A stretch of 64,000 nucleotides of DNA from Candidatus Krumholzibacteriia bacterium. Lineage in GTDB: Bacteria; Krumholzibacteriota; Krumholzibacteriia; Krumholzibacteriales; Krumholzibacteriaceae. The position numbers and the translations under genes are program-made. Positions 27,235 through 37,555 of the stretch are shown in pieces. How positions within the stretch are numbered: position 1 is the stretch's first letter; every line of letters begins with the position of its first letter. A model generated the notes under the pieces. The model was not told the origin of the DNA and ran no database searches. It was given only the letters and a program-made list of their open reading frames with translations. Location of the stretch: contig JAGLYV010000066.1 of assembly GCA_023131975.1 (NCBI GenBank), positions 1-64,000 of the forward strand, read 5' to 3'.

Positions 27235-29187
27235 ATGACGAAGACCACGACAAAACTTTCACCTGAAGCATACAGACAGCTCCAGGAGGGCGAGAGCTAT
27301 CATCCAATAATACCCGCCGGGAGTCCGACGCTGGAAGTGACTCTCAGGTCGGTAGGTGTCGGCCTGGTCATGGCGATGATCTTTTCTCTCGCTTCGGCGT
27401 ATCTCGCGTTGAAAACGGGACAGGGGATGGAAGCGGCCATTCCGATAGCGATCCTCGCGATAGGCCTGGCGAATCTCTTCGCGCGAAAAAGCACTATTCT
27501 CGAGAATGTGATCATCCAGTCGATCGGGGCGGCCTCAAGCGCCGTCGTGGCCGGAGCGGTATTCACGATACCGGCTCTCTACATGCTGGATATTGAAGTA
27601 TCCTTCTGGCATATATTCTTCACCGCTTTCTTCGGTGGCTGTCTGGGAGTGCTTTTTCTGATCCCGCTCCGTGATTATCTGATCGTAAAAGAACATGGAA
27701 AACTTCCTTTCCCGGAAGCTATGGCCACGACAGAGATACTTGTCGCGGGAGAGAGCGCCGGCCAACAGGCCCGGACGCTTGTTTTCAGCGCGGTGATAGC
27801 CTTCTTCTACGATCTGTTCATTTTGACCTTCGGTTTCTGGAAAGAGATCATTTCCTTTCACTCGATAGGTATCGGAAGATGGATGGAGGAACGTTTCTCC
27901 ATGGCGATAAGGATCGATGGACTTTCCGCGATCGTCGGGCTGGGATATATAGTCGGGGTCAAGTACGCGTCGATAATCGCGGCAGGCAGCTTCCTTTCTT
28001 ATCTCGTATTCATTCCTCTGGTCTCATATATAGGATCCCATCTGACCGGGATCATTCCTCCAGGAGACGTTCCGATCATGCAGATGTCGACAGACGATAT
28101 CTTTGTGAACTATGTCCGGTTGATGGGTATCGGTGGTATAGCCGGAGCAGGGGTCATGGGTATAATAAAGAGTATCCCGTCGATCGGCAAATCGTTCAAG
28201 CTCGGGATCCAGGGTATCGCTGCTTCGAGAGCGGAGGGACATGATAACATAAGGACCGAGAAGGACATGAACCTGCGCGACGTATTCATAGGTATTGCGG
28301 CGATAGGGATATGCCTCTGGTTCTTCTTCAGAGGTGGCATGGCTGACTCGCTTGTGAGCGCCGTCGGCGTTCTTCTCGCGCTGGGGATATCCTTTCTCTT
28401 TACGATGGTGGCGGCCCGCGCGATCGGTCTTATCGGGACCAATCCTGTGTCGGGTATGACACTTGCGACATTGATCATAACCAGTGTCATCCTTACCAAA
28501 ATGGGCCTTTCGGGCAAACCGGGTATGTTCGTGGCTCTGATCATAGGGGGTGTCGTCTGTACCGCTCTGGCCGTGGCTGGAGCCTTTGCCACCGACCTGA
28601 AGATCGGTTACTGGCTCGGCGCGACTCCCCGGAATCAGCAGCTGTACAAATTTCTCGGCATCATAGTCTCGGCGGCCTTCTGTGGGCTGGCTATGATGCT
28701 CCTGGCTAATACGTACACGCTGGGATCACTCGAGATGCCCGCTCCACAGGCATCGGCGATGAAGGAGATCATCTTCGGGTTGATGGGTCCCGAAGCGGGA
28801 GTGCAGTGGATACTCTTCTCGTTCGGAGTGATCATATCGGTCATCCTGGCGATGGCCGGCGTACCGGCCCTCGCGTTTGCTCTGGGCATGTATCTTCCGA
28901 TCCAGCTCAATACCGCGGTATTGCTAGGTGGTTTTATCGCGTGGATGGTCGGCAGAAGCAGCAGGAACGAGAAAATGGTAAAGGAGCGTAAAGAAAAAGG
29001 GATCCTGGTAGCGAGTGGATTCATAGCCGGCGGGTCTATCGCCGGTGTAGTCGCCGCGGTTATCGCGGCTCTCGGGTGGGACTCGATAGTCATGATCAGC
29101 TATCCCGATACCGCCAGCGAACTGGTCGCGATCGGGATGCTCGCGTTGTTGTCCGTGTTCATGTACCAGTATTCGAAGAAAGCCTAG
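27235..29187 (+). CDS. OPT-family oligopeptide transporter.
   Basis: About 650 aa polytopic membrane protein with characteristic OPT organisation (…LALKTGQGMEAAIPIAILAIGL…, Gly-rich TM segments throughout). Start placed at ATG 27235; the track ORF begins at 27037 with a non-membrane N-extension. Confidence 0.75.
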   Translation: MTKTTTKLSPEAYRQLQEGESYHPIIPAGSPTLEVTLRSVGVGLVMAMIFSLASAYLALKTGQGMEAAIPIAILAIGLANLFARKSTILENVIIQSIGAASSAVVAGAVFTIPALYMLDIEVSFWHIFFTAFFGGCLGVLFLIPLRDYLIVKEHGKLPFPEAMATTEILVAGESAGQQARTLVFSAVIAFFYDLFILTFGFWKEIISFHSIGIGRWMEERFSMAIRIDGLSAIVGLGYIVGVKYASIIAAGSFLSYLVFIPLVSYIGSHLTGIIPPGDVPIMQMSTDDIFVNYVRLMGIGGIAGAGVMGIIKSIPSIGKSFKLGIQGIAASRAEGHDNIRTEKDMNLRDVFIGIAAIGICLWFFFRGGMADSLVSAVGVLLALGISFLFTMVAARAIGLIGTNPVSGMTLATLIITSVILTKMGLSGKPGMFVALIIGGVVCTALAVAGAFATDLKIGYWLGATPRNQQLYKFLGIIVSAAFCGLAMMLLANTYTLGSLEMPAPQASAMKEIIFGLMGPEAGVQWILFSFGVIISVILAMAGVPALAFALGMYLPIQLNTAVLLGGFIAWMVGRSSRNEKMVKERKEKGILVASGFIAGGSIAGVVAAVIAALGWDSIVMISYPDTASELVAIGMLALLSVFMYQYSKKA

Positions 29188-29208
29188 AGTCGGACGGGCA
29201 AGGTTGAC

Positions 29209-29976
29209 ATGGTCGATGAGAAGCAGAAAAAAAATCATTCTATGGACAGGGACCGCGACAATCTGACGTATATCCATACTACGGACAGCCTGTGGTCGCC
29301 GGAGGGAAGACGTTTCCAGAGGGAGAAGTATCTTCCCAGGGTCGAGCTCGTCAGGGAACGCTTCGGCGACAGCTTCGACACGATCAGGGTCCTCGATGTC
29401 GGTGTCGGGTACGGGGTTTTTCTGAATCTTCTCGAAAACGAGTTCGGTCTAAAGAATATCTTCGGGATGGACCCGTTTCCCGCCTCGATCGAGATAGCAA
29501 AGAAATATACTTCCGCGGAGATCGTTTCGGGTGATATCAACGATGAACGATGGCCTGTCCCGGAAAGATCATTCGATCTGATCACTTCATTCGATGTAGT
29601 CGAACACCTGGCACAGCCCGCCGTCTTCTTCGACAGGGCAAAGGATTATCTGCGTCCGGGCGGGTTCATCATCGTCACCACTCCGAACAGACAGTTACCC
29701 TATCTTATGCGTGCTATCCCCTGGTTTGGCATCCCCGACACCAACACGACCCATATAAACGTGAAGAGGCCCGGATACTGGAAGAGGACAGCTCGCGAAG
29801 CCGGGTATGATATCGTGAAAGCATGGAGGGGAGAGCACCTGACCCACACCAGGATCTTTCCGAAACTTTTCAGGAATATATGCGCCGCGCTGGGCGCCGA
29901 TCACAGAAAGATCCCCATCGTCAACTCCTTCGAACAGTCGTTCTGCATGCTCCTGCAGCATCGCCAGGACCTATAA
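29209..29976 (+). CDS. Class I SAM-dependent methyltransferase.
   Basis: Motif I VLDVGVGYGVF, motif II/III region DLITSFDVVEHL, post-motif PGGFIIVTTPN. Confidence 0.7.
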   Translation: MVDEKQKKNHSMDRDRDNLTYIHTTDSLWSPEGRRFQREKYLPRVELVRERFGDSFDTIRVLDVGVGYGVFLNLLENEFGLKNIFGMDPFPASIEIAKKYTSAEIVSGDINDERWPVPERSFDLITSFDVVEHLAQPAVFFDRAKDYLRPGGFIIVTTPNRQLPYLMRAIPWFGIPDTNTTHINVKRPGYWKRTAREAGYDIVKAWRGEHLTHTRIFPKLFRNICAALGADHRKIPIVNSFEQSFCMLLQHRQDL

Positions 29977-30111
29977 GATAGACCGAATCTTCAAAAGAAA
30001 AACATTGTTCAGTAATATAATAAGGGCGACATGTTTCTAGTCTCCTGCTCAACCTCGCACAGCGAAGCGCCGTACTGCGGAATCTCGCGACGAGACTGAA
30101 AACACGTTGCC

Positions 30112-30738
30112 CTACCGAAATAAATGATCGATCTGTTCGAGCTGTTTCCTGGATAGAGGATGAGTGTCACCGAGGATCTCGGTGATGAAAGAGAGCCTGG
30201 CCGTCATCTCGAGCAGTTCCATCCTGCTGAACGCTTTTTGAAGAGAGCTTCCTGTCGTGACCGCTCCGTGATTTGCCAGTATCAGTGTCTTCGAGTCTTT
30301 TGCCGCTTTTGCGACTGAAGTCGCCAGAGTCTCACTTCCCATGAGAGCGTAGGGAACGATGGCGGGTCTGCCAAGCAGAGCCCGCGATTCACCGGTGAGA
30401 TCCAGTCTGATCTCACGGCCGGTCACGGAATAGGCTGAGGCAAAAAGAGGGTGCGCGTGAATGATGGCAGTGACCCCTGGACACTCTTCGTAGATTCCGG
30501 AGTGCATCCCTGTCTCCATGCTCGGCTCGGCGCCAGCAGGATCCGCGGGTTTTCCGCTGGAGATAAGGATGATATCCGACCCGGTCAGATTATTTTTGTC
30601 TTTTCCGGAAGGCGTGATCAGAAAACTGTCCTTATCAACGCGGAGGCTGGCGTTTCCTCCCGTCGATGTGGTCAGGTCTTTCGCGCAGAGACGGCCCATG
30701 ATCTCCGCCAGATCTTTTCCTTCTTTCAGATATTCCAT
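30112..30738 (-). CDS. Class II aldolase/adducin-family protein (FucA/MtnB-like).
   Basis: GGNASLR, ITPSGK, metal-binding AIIHAHP and ANHGAVT motifs typical of class II aldolases. Confidence 0.75.
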   Translation of the reverse strand: MEYLKEGKDLAEIMGRLCAKDLTTSTGGNASLRVDKDSFLITPSGKDKNNLTGSDIILISSGKPADPAGAEPSMETGMHSGIYEECPGVTAIIHAHPLFASAYSVTGREIRLDLTGESRALLGRPAIVPYALMGSETLATSVAKAAKDSKTLILANHGAVTTGSSLQKAFSRMELLEMTARLSFITEILGDTHPLSRKQLEQIDHLFR

Positions 30739-30778
30739 TCGGCGTTGCCTTTCAGTCGGAGTGGTGAGGCTGAGGACT

Positions 30779-31978
30779 TCACCTTTCTTGTAGCCTGCCC
30801 TTACGGATGATTATCATGGTGTAGGATATTACCAGAAGCGTCAGGCCTCCCAGAAGGATAAAAGGAGCCTGTATCCCGAACGAATCGGATATATGGCCTG
30901 AAAGGTAAGCGAATATCGAGTTGCCGATAATATAGATATTCGCCGTCAGGGCGAACCCGGCGGTGCGGTTTTTTGGGTCCATGGCAACTGAGATTATAGA
31001 CAGCATCGAGGGATAGGTGGCGAACAGGGCGAGTCCAAAGAGGACGAAAGCGGTTACAATAAGAGGGAGACTATGGGCGAGGCCAAGGACAAGCGCTCCC
31101 GCCGTCATTGTTATATATGCTGTGATCAGGGTCCATTTTCTAGTCAGGGCAGAAGCTATCTTTCCGTACATCAGCGCCGAGATCGTACCCGCGCACATCC
31201 AGCCCCCGAGGATCATGCCGGTCTTCGACATCGACATTCCGAGCCTGTGGTTGAGGAGGCTGGGAGAGTAGTTCAGCATTATACCCCACGCGAGTCCTCC
31301 AAGCAGTATCATCGGAACGAATACACCGATATCGCGGAAGGCCTGTGGCCATGATGCCGGTTTCTTTTCGGCTTCTTTATGCTGGACGATCTCTTCACTG
31401 CTGATCGTGCCTGCCGACATCGCGAGGCCGATGATCACGGCCAGGAGATTGATCGTTCCCCATGTGTACAGAGGCATTTTCCAGCCGTAAGCATCGACCA
31501 GGAATCCAGTCGACGTGAAGGCGAGCAGGACACCGATGTTTCCGAAGGCGCTCTGGATGCCCATCGCCTTGTCGAGTGAGTTTCCCTTGAAAGAGTGTGA
31601 TACCCAGGAAATGCCTACAGGGTGATAGATGCTGGTGCCGAGCCGTATTCCCGCGTAAAACAGGACCAGCATCATGTAATTCCGGGAAAGTGTGAGGAGA
31701 AGGAGGGATATCCCGACCAGGAGCGCGTCGAGCGCGAGATAATATCTCGTGTGTCTCGTTTTGGCGAAATGTCCGATAAGAGCCTGGGCGACGATCGCGA
31801 TGACGAGCCCGAACATCATCATGGTACCGATGTCGGAGTATTCCTTTATCAGCGACTGCTCTGTAAAGAGGACGGGAATGATAGCCGGGAGCGTGACGAC
31901 CGAGCCATCGTTACACGCATGATGAAGCGCGACGGCGGCCAGCATTTTCCTTTTTCTCTTTTCGATAGTCAACGTCAT
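30779..31978 (-). CDS. MFS transporter.
   Basis: 12 TM topology with MFS-like loop motifs (…GIRLGTSIYHP…, …GKIASALTRKW…). About 400 aa. Confidence 0.75.
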   Translation of the reverse strand: MTLTIEKRKRKMLAAVALHHACNDGSVVTLPAIIPVLFTEQSLIKEYSDIGTMMMFGLVIAIVAQALIGHFAKTRHTRYYLALDALLVGISLLLLTLSRNYMMLVLFYAGIRLGTSIYHPVGISWVSHSFKGNSLDKAMGIQSAFGNIGVLLAFTSTGFLVDAYGWKMPLYTWGTINLLAVIIGLAMSAGTISSEEIVQHKEAEKKPASWPQAFRDIGVFVPMILLGGLAWGIMLNYSPSLLNHRLGMSMSKTGMILGGWMCAGTISALMYGKIASALTRKWTLITAYITMTAGALVLGLAHSLPLIVTAFVLFGLALFATYPSMLSIISVAMDPKNRTAGFALTANIYIIGNSIFAYLSGHISDSFGIQAPFILLGGLTLLVISYTMIIIRKGRLQER

Positions 31979-32125
31979 TCTCCCCGGCTCGATATCTCTG
32001 ATGCTGGATGAATATATGAGGCCACCCTGAAAATGTCAGCAGGTTTGTTCGATCCGGAAGACCCTGCTCGGATTTCTCGTTTCGTTATGCTATGCTCGAT
32101 GCATAGAGAAAAGGGAGGTAAAGAG

Positions 32126-33259
32126 GTGAAAGCATGGCTGCGTTCGATCGTTGTTCCAACCATTATGACTGTGATCATGACGTTGACGGCAGGTATGGCA
32201 AGTGGAGAGGATGGTGGGCATGTCAGGGTCCCTGTCGATTCCATCGGGTACGCTCTTGACCCGTCGCAGGTGGAGGCCGTCGTGTCGGTTTCGATGGAGA
32301 GACTCGATGGCCAGATCGAACCGGGATCAGACTTTTCCGATTCTCCCATGATAGGTGGGATCTGTCCTCATGATGACTATGTCTATGCCGGGCCCGCCTA
32401 TGTAAAATTGATGAAAAATGTCAATGCGCCCCTGGCCATCCTGATAGGAGTCTCTCATCGGGCCAGACGTGTCGGTATTCAGGGCGGACTTGTGTTTGAG
32501 ACATTTTCGGCATGGAAAGGGCCATACGGCAATGTTCCTGTGTCGGAGATAAGGGAAGATATCATAGCCGCTCTTCCACCCGGGATGGTGATGATAAACG
32601 ATTCGCTGCACGCGGGAGAACATTCGCTTGAGGGGTTGATCCCCTTTCTTCAATATCCATGGGACAACGCTGCCGGAAAAGACATCGTAGTCCCCAGGAA
32701 GATCGAGATCCTTCCCGTGCTGGTAACAAGGCTTGCAGGAGAGAAATTCCAGGCTACGGCGGAAACTTTCGCGGAAGTCCTGCATGGGGAACTGGCCAGG
32801 CGCGGTTTGAGACCGGGATTCGATTACACTATCATCATCTCTGCCGATTGTGTGCATTACGGAGACGAGGGATGGGGTGGCAGGAACTATTCACCCCACG
32901 GTACGGACAGGGAAGGGTATGAGAATGCGGTTGCCGAAGACAGGGATATCATCAACACAGTATTGACAGGTCCGATAAACAGGGAAAAGATAAAGGGGTT
33001 CAGGGACCGCGTGGATAGCTACGAGTTTGAATGGCCATACAAGATCCCCTGGTGTGGAGTCTATTCGATACCGTTTGGCCTGGAGGTGCTTTCGCGTCTG
33101 TGTGAGTTGGAGGGGCGGCAACCGCCATCCGGGATAATGCTCGATTACGGCACGAGCCTGGAACCCGGGATCAATGGGTTGGATGCCGGAGACCTGGGAG
33201 CCACCAATATTGCTACGTTGCGGCATTGGGTAGGGTTTACTTCGATCGGTTACTGGTAG
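32126..33259 (+). CDS. MEMO1-family protein (AmmeMemoRadiSam system protein B-like) with an N-terminal signal peptide.
   Basis: GGICPHDDYVYAGPAYV (Memo PHAGY-like motif), ILIGVSHRA, DCVHYGDEGWGG. GTG start at 32126 preceded by GGGAGG at 32113-32118; the track ORF begins at 32033. Confidence 0.6.
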   Translation: MKAWLRSIVVPTIMTVIMTLTAGMASGEDGGHVRVPVDSIGYALDPSQVEAVVSVSMERLDGQIEPGSDFSDSPMIGGICPHDDYVYAGPAYVKLMKNVNAPLAILIGVSHRARRVGIQGGLVFETFSAWKGPYGNVPVSEIREDIIAALPPGMVMINDSLHAGEHSLEGLIPFLQYPWDNAAGKDIVVPRKIEILPVLVTRLAGEKFQATAETFAEVLHGELARRGLRPGFDYTIIISADCVHYGDEGWGGRNYSPHGTDREGYENAVAEDRDIINTVLTGPINREKIKGFRDRVDSYEFEWPYKIPWCGVYSIPFGLEVLSRLCELEGRQPPSGIMLDYGTSLEPGINGLDAGDLGATNIATLRHWVGFTSIGYW

Positions 33260-33267
33260 CCAGGATT

Positions 33268-33615
33268 TCAATCCATATCGAATTCTATCAAGTCACCGAC
33301 ACTGGTCCCTGATTTTTCCAGAGTGTCAATGGGCAGTTCCAGCGCGCTTACCGCAGTCGCCGCGGAATCGGCGAAACAGTCTGGAGGAAATCGCCTGAAG
33401 AGATTTACGACTTTGCCGTCCCTGTCGAGAAAGGCAATATCGACTGCCTTTTTCAACCCGACCGTATAGATACCGCGACATGGACTTATCCACAAGACGC
33501 AGTCATTGGGGATTCCGCCGCCGTTCAGGTAGCCCAATGTCCTGCGAAAATGGGTGTTCAGAGTGAGGAGTATTTCTCCCAGCGATGTGCAGCGGGTCCG
33601 GTTACGAACAGACAT
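33268..33615 (-). CDS. DUF192-family protein.
   Basis: DIAFLDRDGKVV motif and overall length typical of DUF192 (COG1430). Start moved to the internal ATG at 33615 to avoid a 41-nt overlap with the upstream gene. Confidence 0.45.
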   Translation of the reverse strand: MSVRNRTRCTSLGEILLTLNTHFRRTLGYLNGGGIPNDCVLWISPCRGIYTVGLKKAVDIAFLDRDGKVVNLFRRFPPDCFADSAATAVSALELPIDTLEKSGTSVGDLIEFDMD

Positions 33616-33628
33616 GACGGGGCTCCCT

Positions 33629-34267
33629 TTACACCAGAGTTCCAATGAACATGACGGACAATGTGGCAAGAGCGATCTTGGCGCTCCAGGGGAAAGTCAG
33701 ATTTTCGATGCTGAAGCCGGGGGGGATCCCGAGCGCTTCAATCGGGTTTGTGGTGGTTCTGCCAGGTCTTGTGGCTATCCCCGAACCGATTTTAGCAAGC
33801 GGTGATTTGTATTCTTCCACGGGGTAGAGCATCGAAGGCTCGACAAGGGATGTAGCGTGACGTTCCAGCATACTTGTCGTTCCGGCGTGCATGACCCGCT
33901 CAAAGACACTCAGAAGAAAGACGATCGTGAACAATATAAAAGCGCCCACCGGGCCGGTAAGGCCACCGACCGCCATAGAGGTGATGAAATCCTCAAGTTT
34001 GATCCTGCCTGACCTGTAACGCGAGACCGAACAGAGAGCTCCGACGATGATTCCCAGGAGGACTATCGCCAGCCCTCCATATCCAGAGTAGAGTACCCGG
34101 GCTATGCAGGCCCAGACGATGATCATCGAAGCGGATACGATCGTGACTATGGTTCTTTCCCGGTTCATGAATATGTTATAAAAAACGGCAAGGACAGCGA
34201 GAACCTTAAGCAGGCTGATTATTATGCTTGTCGGTCCCAATTGTTGCCTTTCGATAGAGTATTCCAA
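33629..34267 (-). CDS. Integral membrane protein, unknown function.
   Basis: Five to six hydrophobic helices; no motif recognised. Confidence 0.4.
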   Translation of the reverse strand: MEYSIERQQLGPTSIIISLLKVLAVLAVFYNIFMNRERTIVTIVSASMIIVWACIARVLYSGYGGLAIVLLGIIVGALCSVSRYRSGRIKLEDFITSMAVGGLTGPVGAFILFTIVFLLSVFERVMHAGTTSMLERHATSLVEPSMLYPVEEYKSPLAKIGSGIATRPGRTTTNPIEALGIPPGFSIENLTFPWSAKIALATLSVMFIGTLV

Positions 34268-34694
34268 TTTCTACAGGTTGTAATACAAGATATATTCCAC
34301 AGTCGAGATCTGGTTGATTTGTGTGCGGCATCGATCGGGGGTCAGAATGGTTGAGCTTGTAACTCGCAGTGACTATGCCTGTTATGTGGGCTTGTCTGCC
34401 TCGGGGGCAGGGCGGTCCGGAGTGTCGGGTATTTTGAATCGGGAAAACAGATCCTCAGCTCTGGGTAATAATACCCAATTAGCAGGGGTCGATATCAACG
34501 TTGTGGGGGAGATTCCTGATGATCGCAATAATAGCGGTTTTATGATTTCCGATGATGGAGAACGATTGACGTTTGTTTCCTGTCGTTCCCGGAGGGGTGT
34601 ACGGATTTATGGACATCGTGACTGCGGGGTGGTGTGCTGCGGTCGATATCAGCCGATTACCGGGCAAGTCGTAATGGTGGACATATATCCCTGT

Positions 34695-35762
34695 TTACCT
34701 GGTTCTCAGGAGATCTTCGAAAGCGCCTTCGAGCCTTCTCATGTTTTCATCCCAGGACCCTTTTTCCCTGATAATATCGAAATTCGTGTTCCTGATCTCC
34801 AGCGTTTTTTCCCGGTCGTCCGCGGCCTCAAGAAGTGTCCTGGCCAGTTCTTCAGGCGAGTCGACAGGCACGAGAAATCCGTTGGTCCCCGGTTTGATCC
34901 ATTCCCGGTTTGCCGGTATATCGGTTACAACGGGGATATTGCCGCAGGCCATCGCTTCGAGAAGGGATACAGATGTCGAATCGGAACGGCTGGTAGATAC
35001 GTAGATGTCTGAATCTCGAAGTCTTTCGGCGATATCTTCCGGAGCCAGACGACCCGCAAAATCGAAATAGTCTAAGATCCCGAGATCGGACACTTTCCGG
35101 GACAACTTTTCTTTTTCAGGTCCGTCCCCGCAGATCGTGAACCTGGCGGCAGTGGCTGACAGGACCGTTTTTGCGGCATCGACAAGAAGGTCGATGTTAT
35201 AAATATCGTAAAGATTTCTTGTGCTGATGATATTCAGCCCACCGGTCCGGGAGGGTATTCGAGATTCGGAAGGGAAGAAAACGGATTTATCGATTCCGAA
35301 GATTATCTTGATCGTATCTTCCCTGGCGCCTCCCGCGGCTATGACAGCTTCGGTAAGGTTGTCCGCGTCGGTCGTTATCAGATCGGCCGCCCCTATCGCT
35401 CTTCTGATCTGTGCCCGGTGGATCCTGCTGGACGGATAATCCACAAGCATATCCGATCCAAGCGCGGACACGACAAAAGGTCGCCGGTTCATCAGACTTC
35501 CTATCAATCCATACCCGGTGACATAGAGCGAGTTGACAATGTCTGGACGGAACTCATCGATCCGTTTTCTGACGATAGGAAGCGAGGCCAGATATCCGGC
35601 CAGTTTTGTGGGCAGGTGCCTGGGTATCCGGACAGCAGGAAATGTACAGCCTTCGATGTCTTCAAACGACAGCAGGAGTACTTCGTGCTTCCTGTCGTGA
35701 AAGTACCCGACCCAGCGCCGGATGTGGCCAAGCGACCCGTCTCCTGTGAACGCTATTCTCAA
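34695..35762 (-). CDS. GT4 (group 1) glycosyltransferase.
   Basis: GT-B fold signatures: N-terminal MRIAFTGDGSLGH, C-terminal SRSDSTSVSLLEAMACGNIPVVTD (EX7E-like) and GFLVPVDSPEELA. Confidence 0.75.
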   Translation of the reverse strand: MRIAFTGDGSLGHIRRWVGYFHDRKHEVLLLSFEDIEGCTFPAVRIPRHLPTKLAGYLASLPIVRKRIDEFRPDIVNSLYVTGYGLIGSLMNRRPFVVSALGSDMLVDYPSSRIHRAQIRRAIGAADLITTDADNLTEAVIAAGGAREDTIKIIFGIDKSVFFPSESRIPSRTGGLNIISTRNLYDIYNIDLLVDAAKTVLSATAARFTICGDGPEKEKLSRKVSDLGILDYFDFAGRLAPEDIAERLRDSDIYVSTSRSDSTSVSLLEAMACGNIPVVTDIPANREWIKPGTNGFLVPVDSPEELARTLLEAADDREKTLEIRNTNFDIIREKGSWDENMRRLEGAFEDLLRTR

Positions 35763-35865
35763 CTGCTTCCTTTCGAGATCGGACAGTCTCTGATGGCGGA
35801 CAGTCTAAATCGAACTGTCGCTTTTGTATAGTATTTATCGACATGCCCGTAATGCGCATCGAAGC

Positions 35866-37404
35866 TCAGGGCAGGTGTATCGGGGCGCCGGGACCGGTAG
35901 GAAGCCCCGCGAGCATCCATATGGCGAGTAGCACGATCCAGAAAAAGCCGAAGACTATCGAATAGGGAAGCATTGTAGCCGTGATAGTGCCTATCCCGTA
36001 CTTCTCATCATATTTCTGGGCGAATGCCACGATGAGAGCAAAATAGCTCATCATCGGTGTGATGATATTGGTTACCGAGTCGCCGATCCTGAAAGCCGCC
36101 TGCGTGATGCCGGGGTGGTATCCGAGAAGCATGAACATAGGGACGAATACAGGAGCCATGATCGCCCATTTTGCCGAGGCGCTGCCCATGAAGAGGTTGA
36201 TGATAGCGGAAAGGACGACGAAGAAGATCAGCAGCCACACTCCGGTCAGCCCCACGTTCTGCAGGACCTCAGCACCCTTGATGGCGAGCAGGACTCCGAT
36301 GTTGCTCTCCTTGAAATAGTAGACGAACTGTCCGGCGAAGAAAACAAGGACTATATATCCGGAGAGCCCCTTCATCGAAGAGGTCATGTGCTTTACGATG
36401 TCCTTGTCGCTTCTGATCGAGCCGGTCGCTATTCCGAAGACTACTCCCGGGACAAGAAAGAAGATCATGATAGCCGTAATAAGTCCCGACATGAATGGGG
36501 ACCGGAGGACAGCGCCCGTTTCCGGGTCGCGAAGAATGCCGTTTTCGGGGATAACGAGGATCGCCACTATGACCAGCACCAACAGAGCCATCGCCCCGGC
36601 CCAGGCCAGCCCCTTTTTCTCATTAGTCGATACTTTCTCGAACGCTTCGTGGGCGCCCTTGTATTCACCGAGCCGCGGTTCGACGAATTTCTCGGTTACC
36701 CAGGTACCGAGTATCACGAGCATGAACGCCGACGCGACCATGAAGTAGAAGTTCACGGCCGGGTTGATCTGCATTCCGGGCTCTACAAGTCCGGCCGCGG
36801 ATTCGGTAAGGCCCGCGAGGATCGGGTCGATCGATCCTATGAGAAAATTAGCGCCGAACCCTCCGGAGACTCCGCAAAAAGCGGCGGCGATACCGGCGAT
36901 CGGATGTCGTTTGAACGCCGCGAATATCATGGCGCCGAGGGGGATCAGTATGACATAACCCGCGCTTGAGGCTAGATGGGAGAGGATCCCGGCCGCGATG
37001 ACGGCGGCTGTTACAAGGCGCTTGGGAGCCGATGTGACCATGTGTCTCAGAAGCGCCGAGATCAAACCCGATCCTTCAGCCACACCGATTCCGATCATAG
37101 CTACGAGGACTATTCCGAGAGGTGGAAAGTGTACGAAATTATTGGTCATATTGGAGTACATGAATCTCAACCCGGCCGGGTTCAGCATGCTGACAGCTTC
37201 GATCACCTTTCCTGTTCCCGGGTGTATGGCGGTGATCCCGGCCCTGTAGATAATATCTGAAAGGATCGCTACGAGGAGCGCGAAGACCGCGAAGAGAGTA
37301 GCAGGATGTGGAAGCCTGTTGCCCATCTTCTCGATCCTGTCCAGGAGGCGGAGGGCAAGTGAACGTTTCTGTCCATCCATAACGGTGCTGTTATCCTGAT
37401 TCAT
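35866..37404 (-). CDS. AbgT-family transporter (p-aminobenzoyl-glutamate/antimetabolite transporter family).
   Basis: About 510 aa; N-terminal cytoplasmic segment (LALRLLDRIEKMGNRLPHPATLF) typical of AbgT/MtrF, followed by polytopic membrane domains. Confidence 0.75.
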   Translation of the reverse strand: MNQDNSTVMDGQKRSLALRLLDRIEKMGNRLPHPATLFAVFALLVAILSDIIYRAGITAIHPGTGKVIEAVSMLNPAGLRFMYSNMTNNFVHFPPLGIVLVAMIGIGVAEGSGLISALLRHMVTSAPKRLVTAAVIAAGILSHLASSAGYVILIPLGAMIFAAFKRHPIAGIAAAFCGVSGGFGANFLIGSIDPILAGLTESAAGLVEPGMQINPAVNFYFMVASAFMLVILGTWVTEKFVEPRLGEYKGAHEAFEKVSTNEKKGLAWAGAMALLVLVIVAILVIPENGILRDPETGAVLRSPFMSGLITAIMIFFLVPGVVFGIATGSIRSDKDIVKHMTSSMKGLSGYIVLVFFAGQFVYYFKESNIGVLLAIKGAEVLQNVGLTGVWLLIFFVVLSAIINLFMGSASAKWAIMAPVFVPMFMLLGYHPGITQAAFRIGDSVTNIITPMMSYFALIVAFAQKYDEKYGIGTITATMLPYSIVFGFFWIVLLAIWMLAGLPTGPGAPIHLP

Positions 37405-37555
37405 TTACATCTCCTCGAAATACGCCCCCGGAGGCGATGAAGGTAGAAGACCGACTTCCACTAACTTAAGCCCACTGGCTATGACAGTCAATCTTTTTAC
37501 CCTTGAGTCTTTCGGTGCGGACGTCCTAGAATGTCACTCTGTAAGAAAGGGATAG

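Noticed and set aside
30024-30112. Possible tRNA: a 7-bp acceptor-like stem about 88 nt apart.
   Set aside because: No T-loop (TTCRANY), D-arm or anticodon arm could be placed on either strand. Treated as a hairpin/terminator-like element instead.
36115-36969. 284-aa plus-strand ORF rich in H/D/E/R inside the AbgT gene.
   Set aside because: Antisense low-complexity artefact; the minus strand encodes an AbgT-family transporter.
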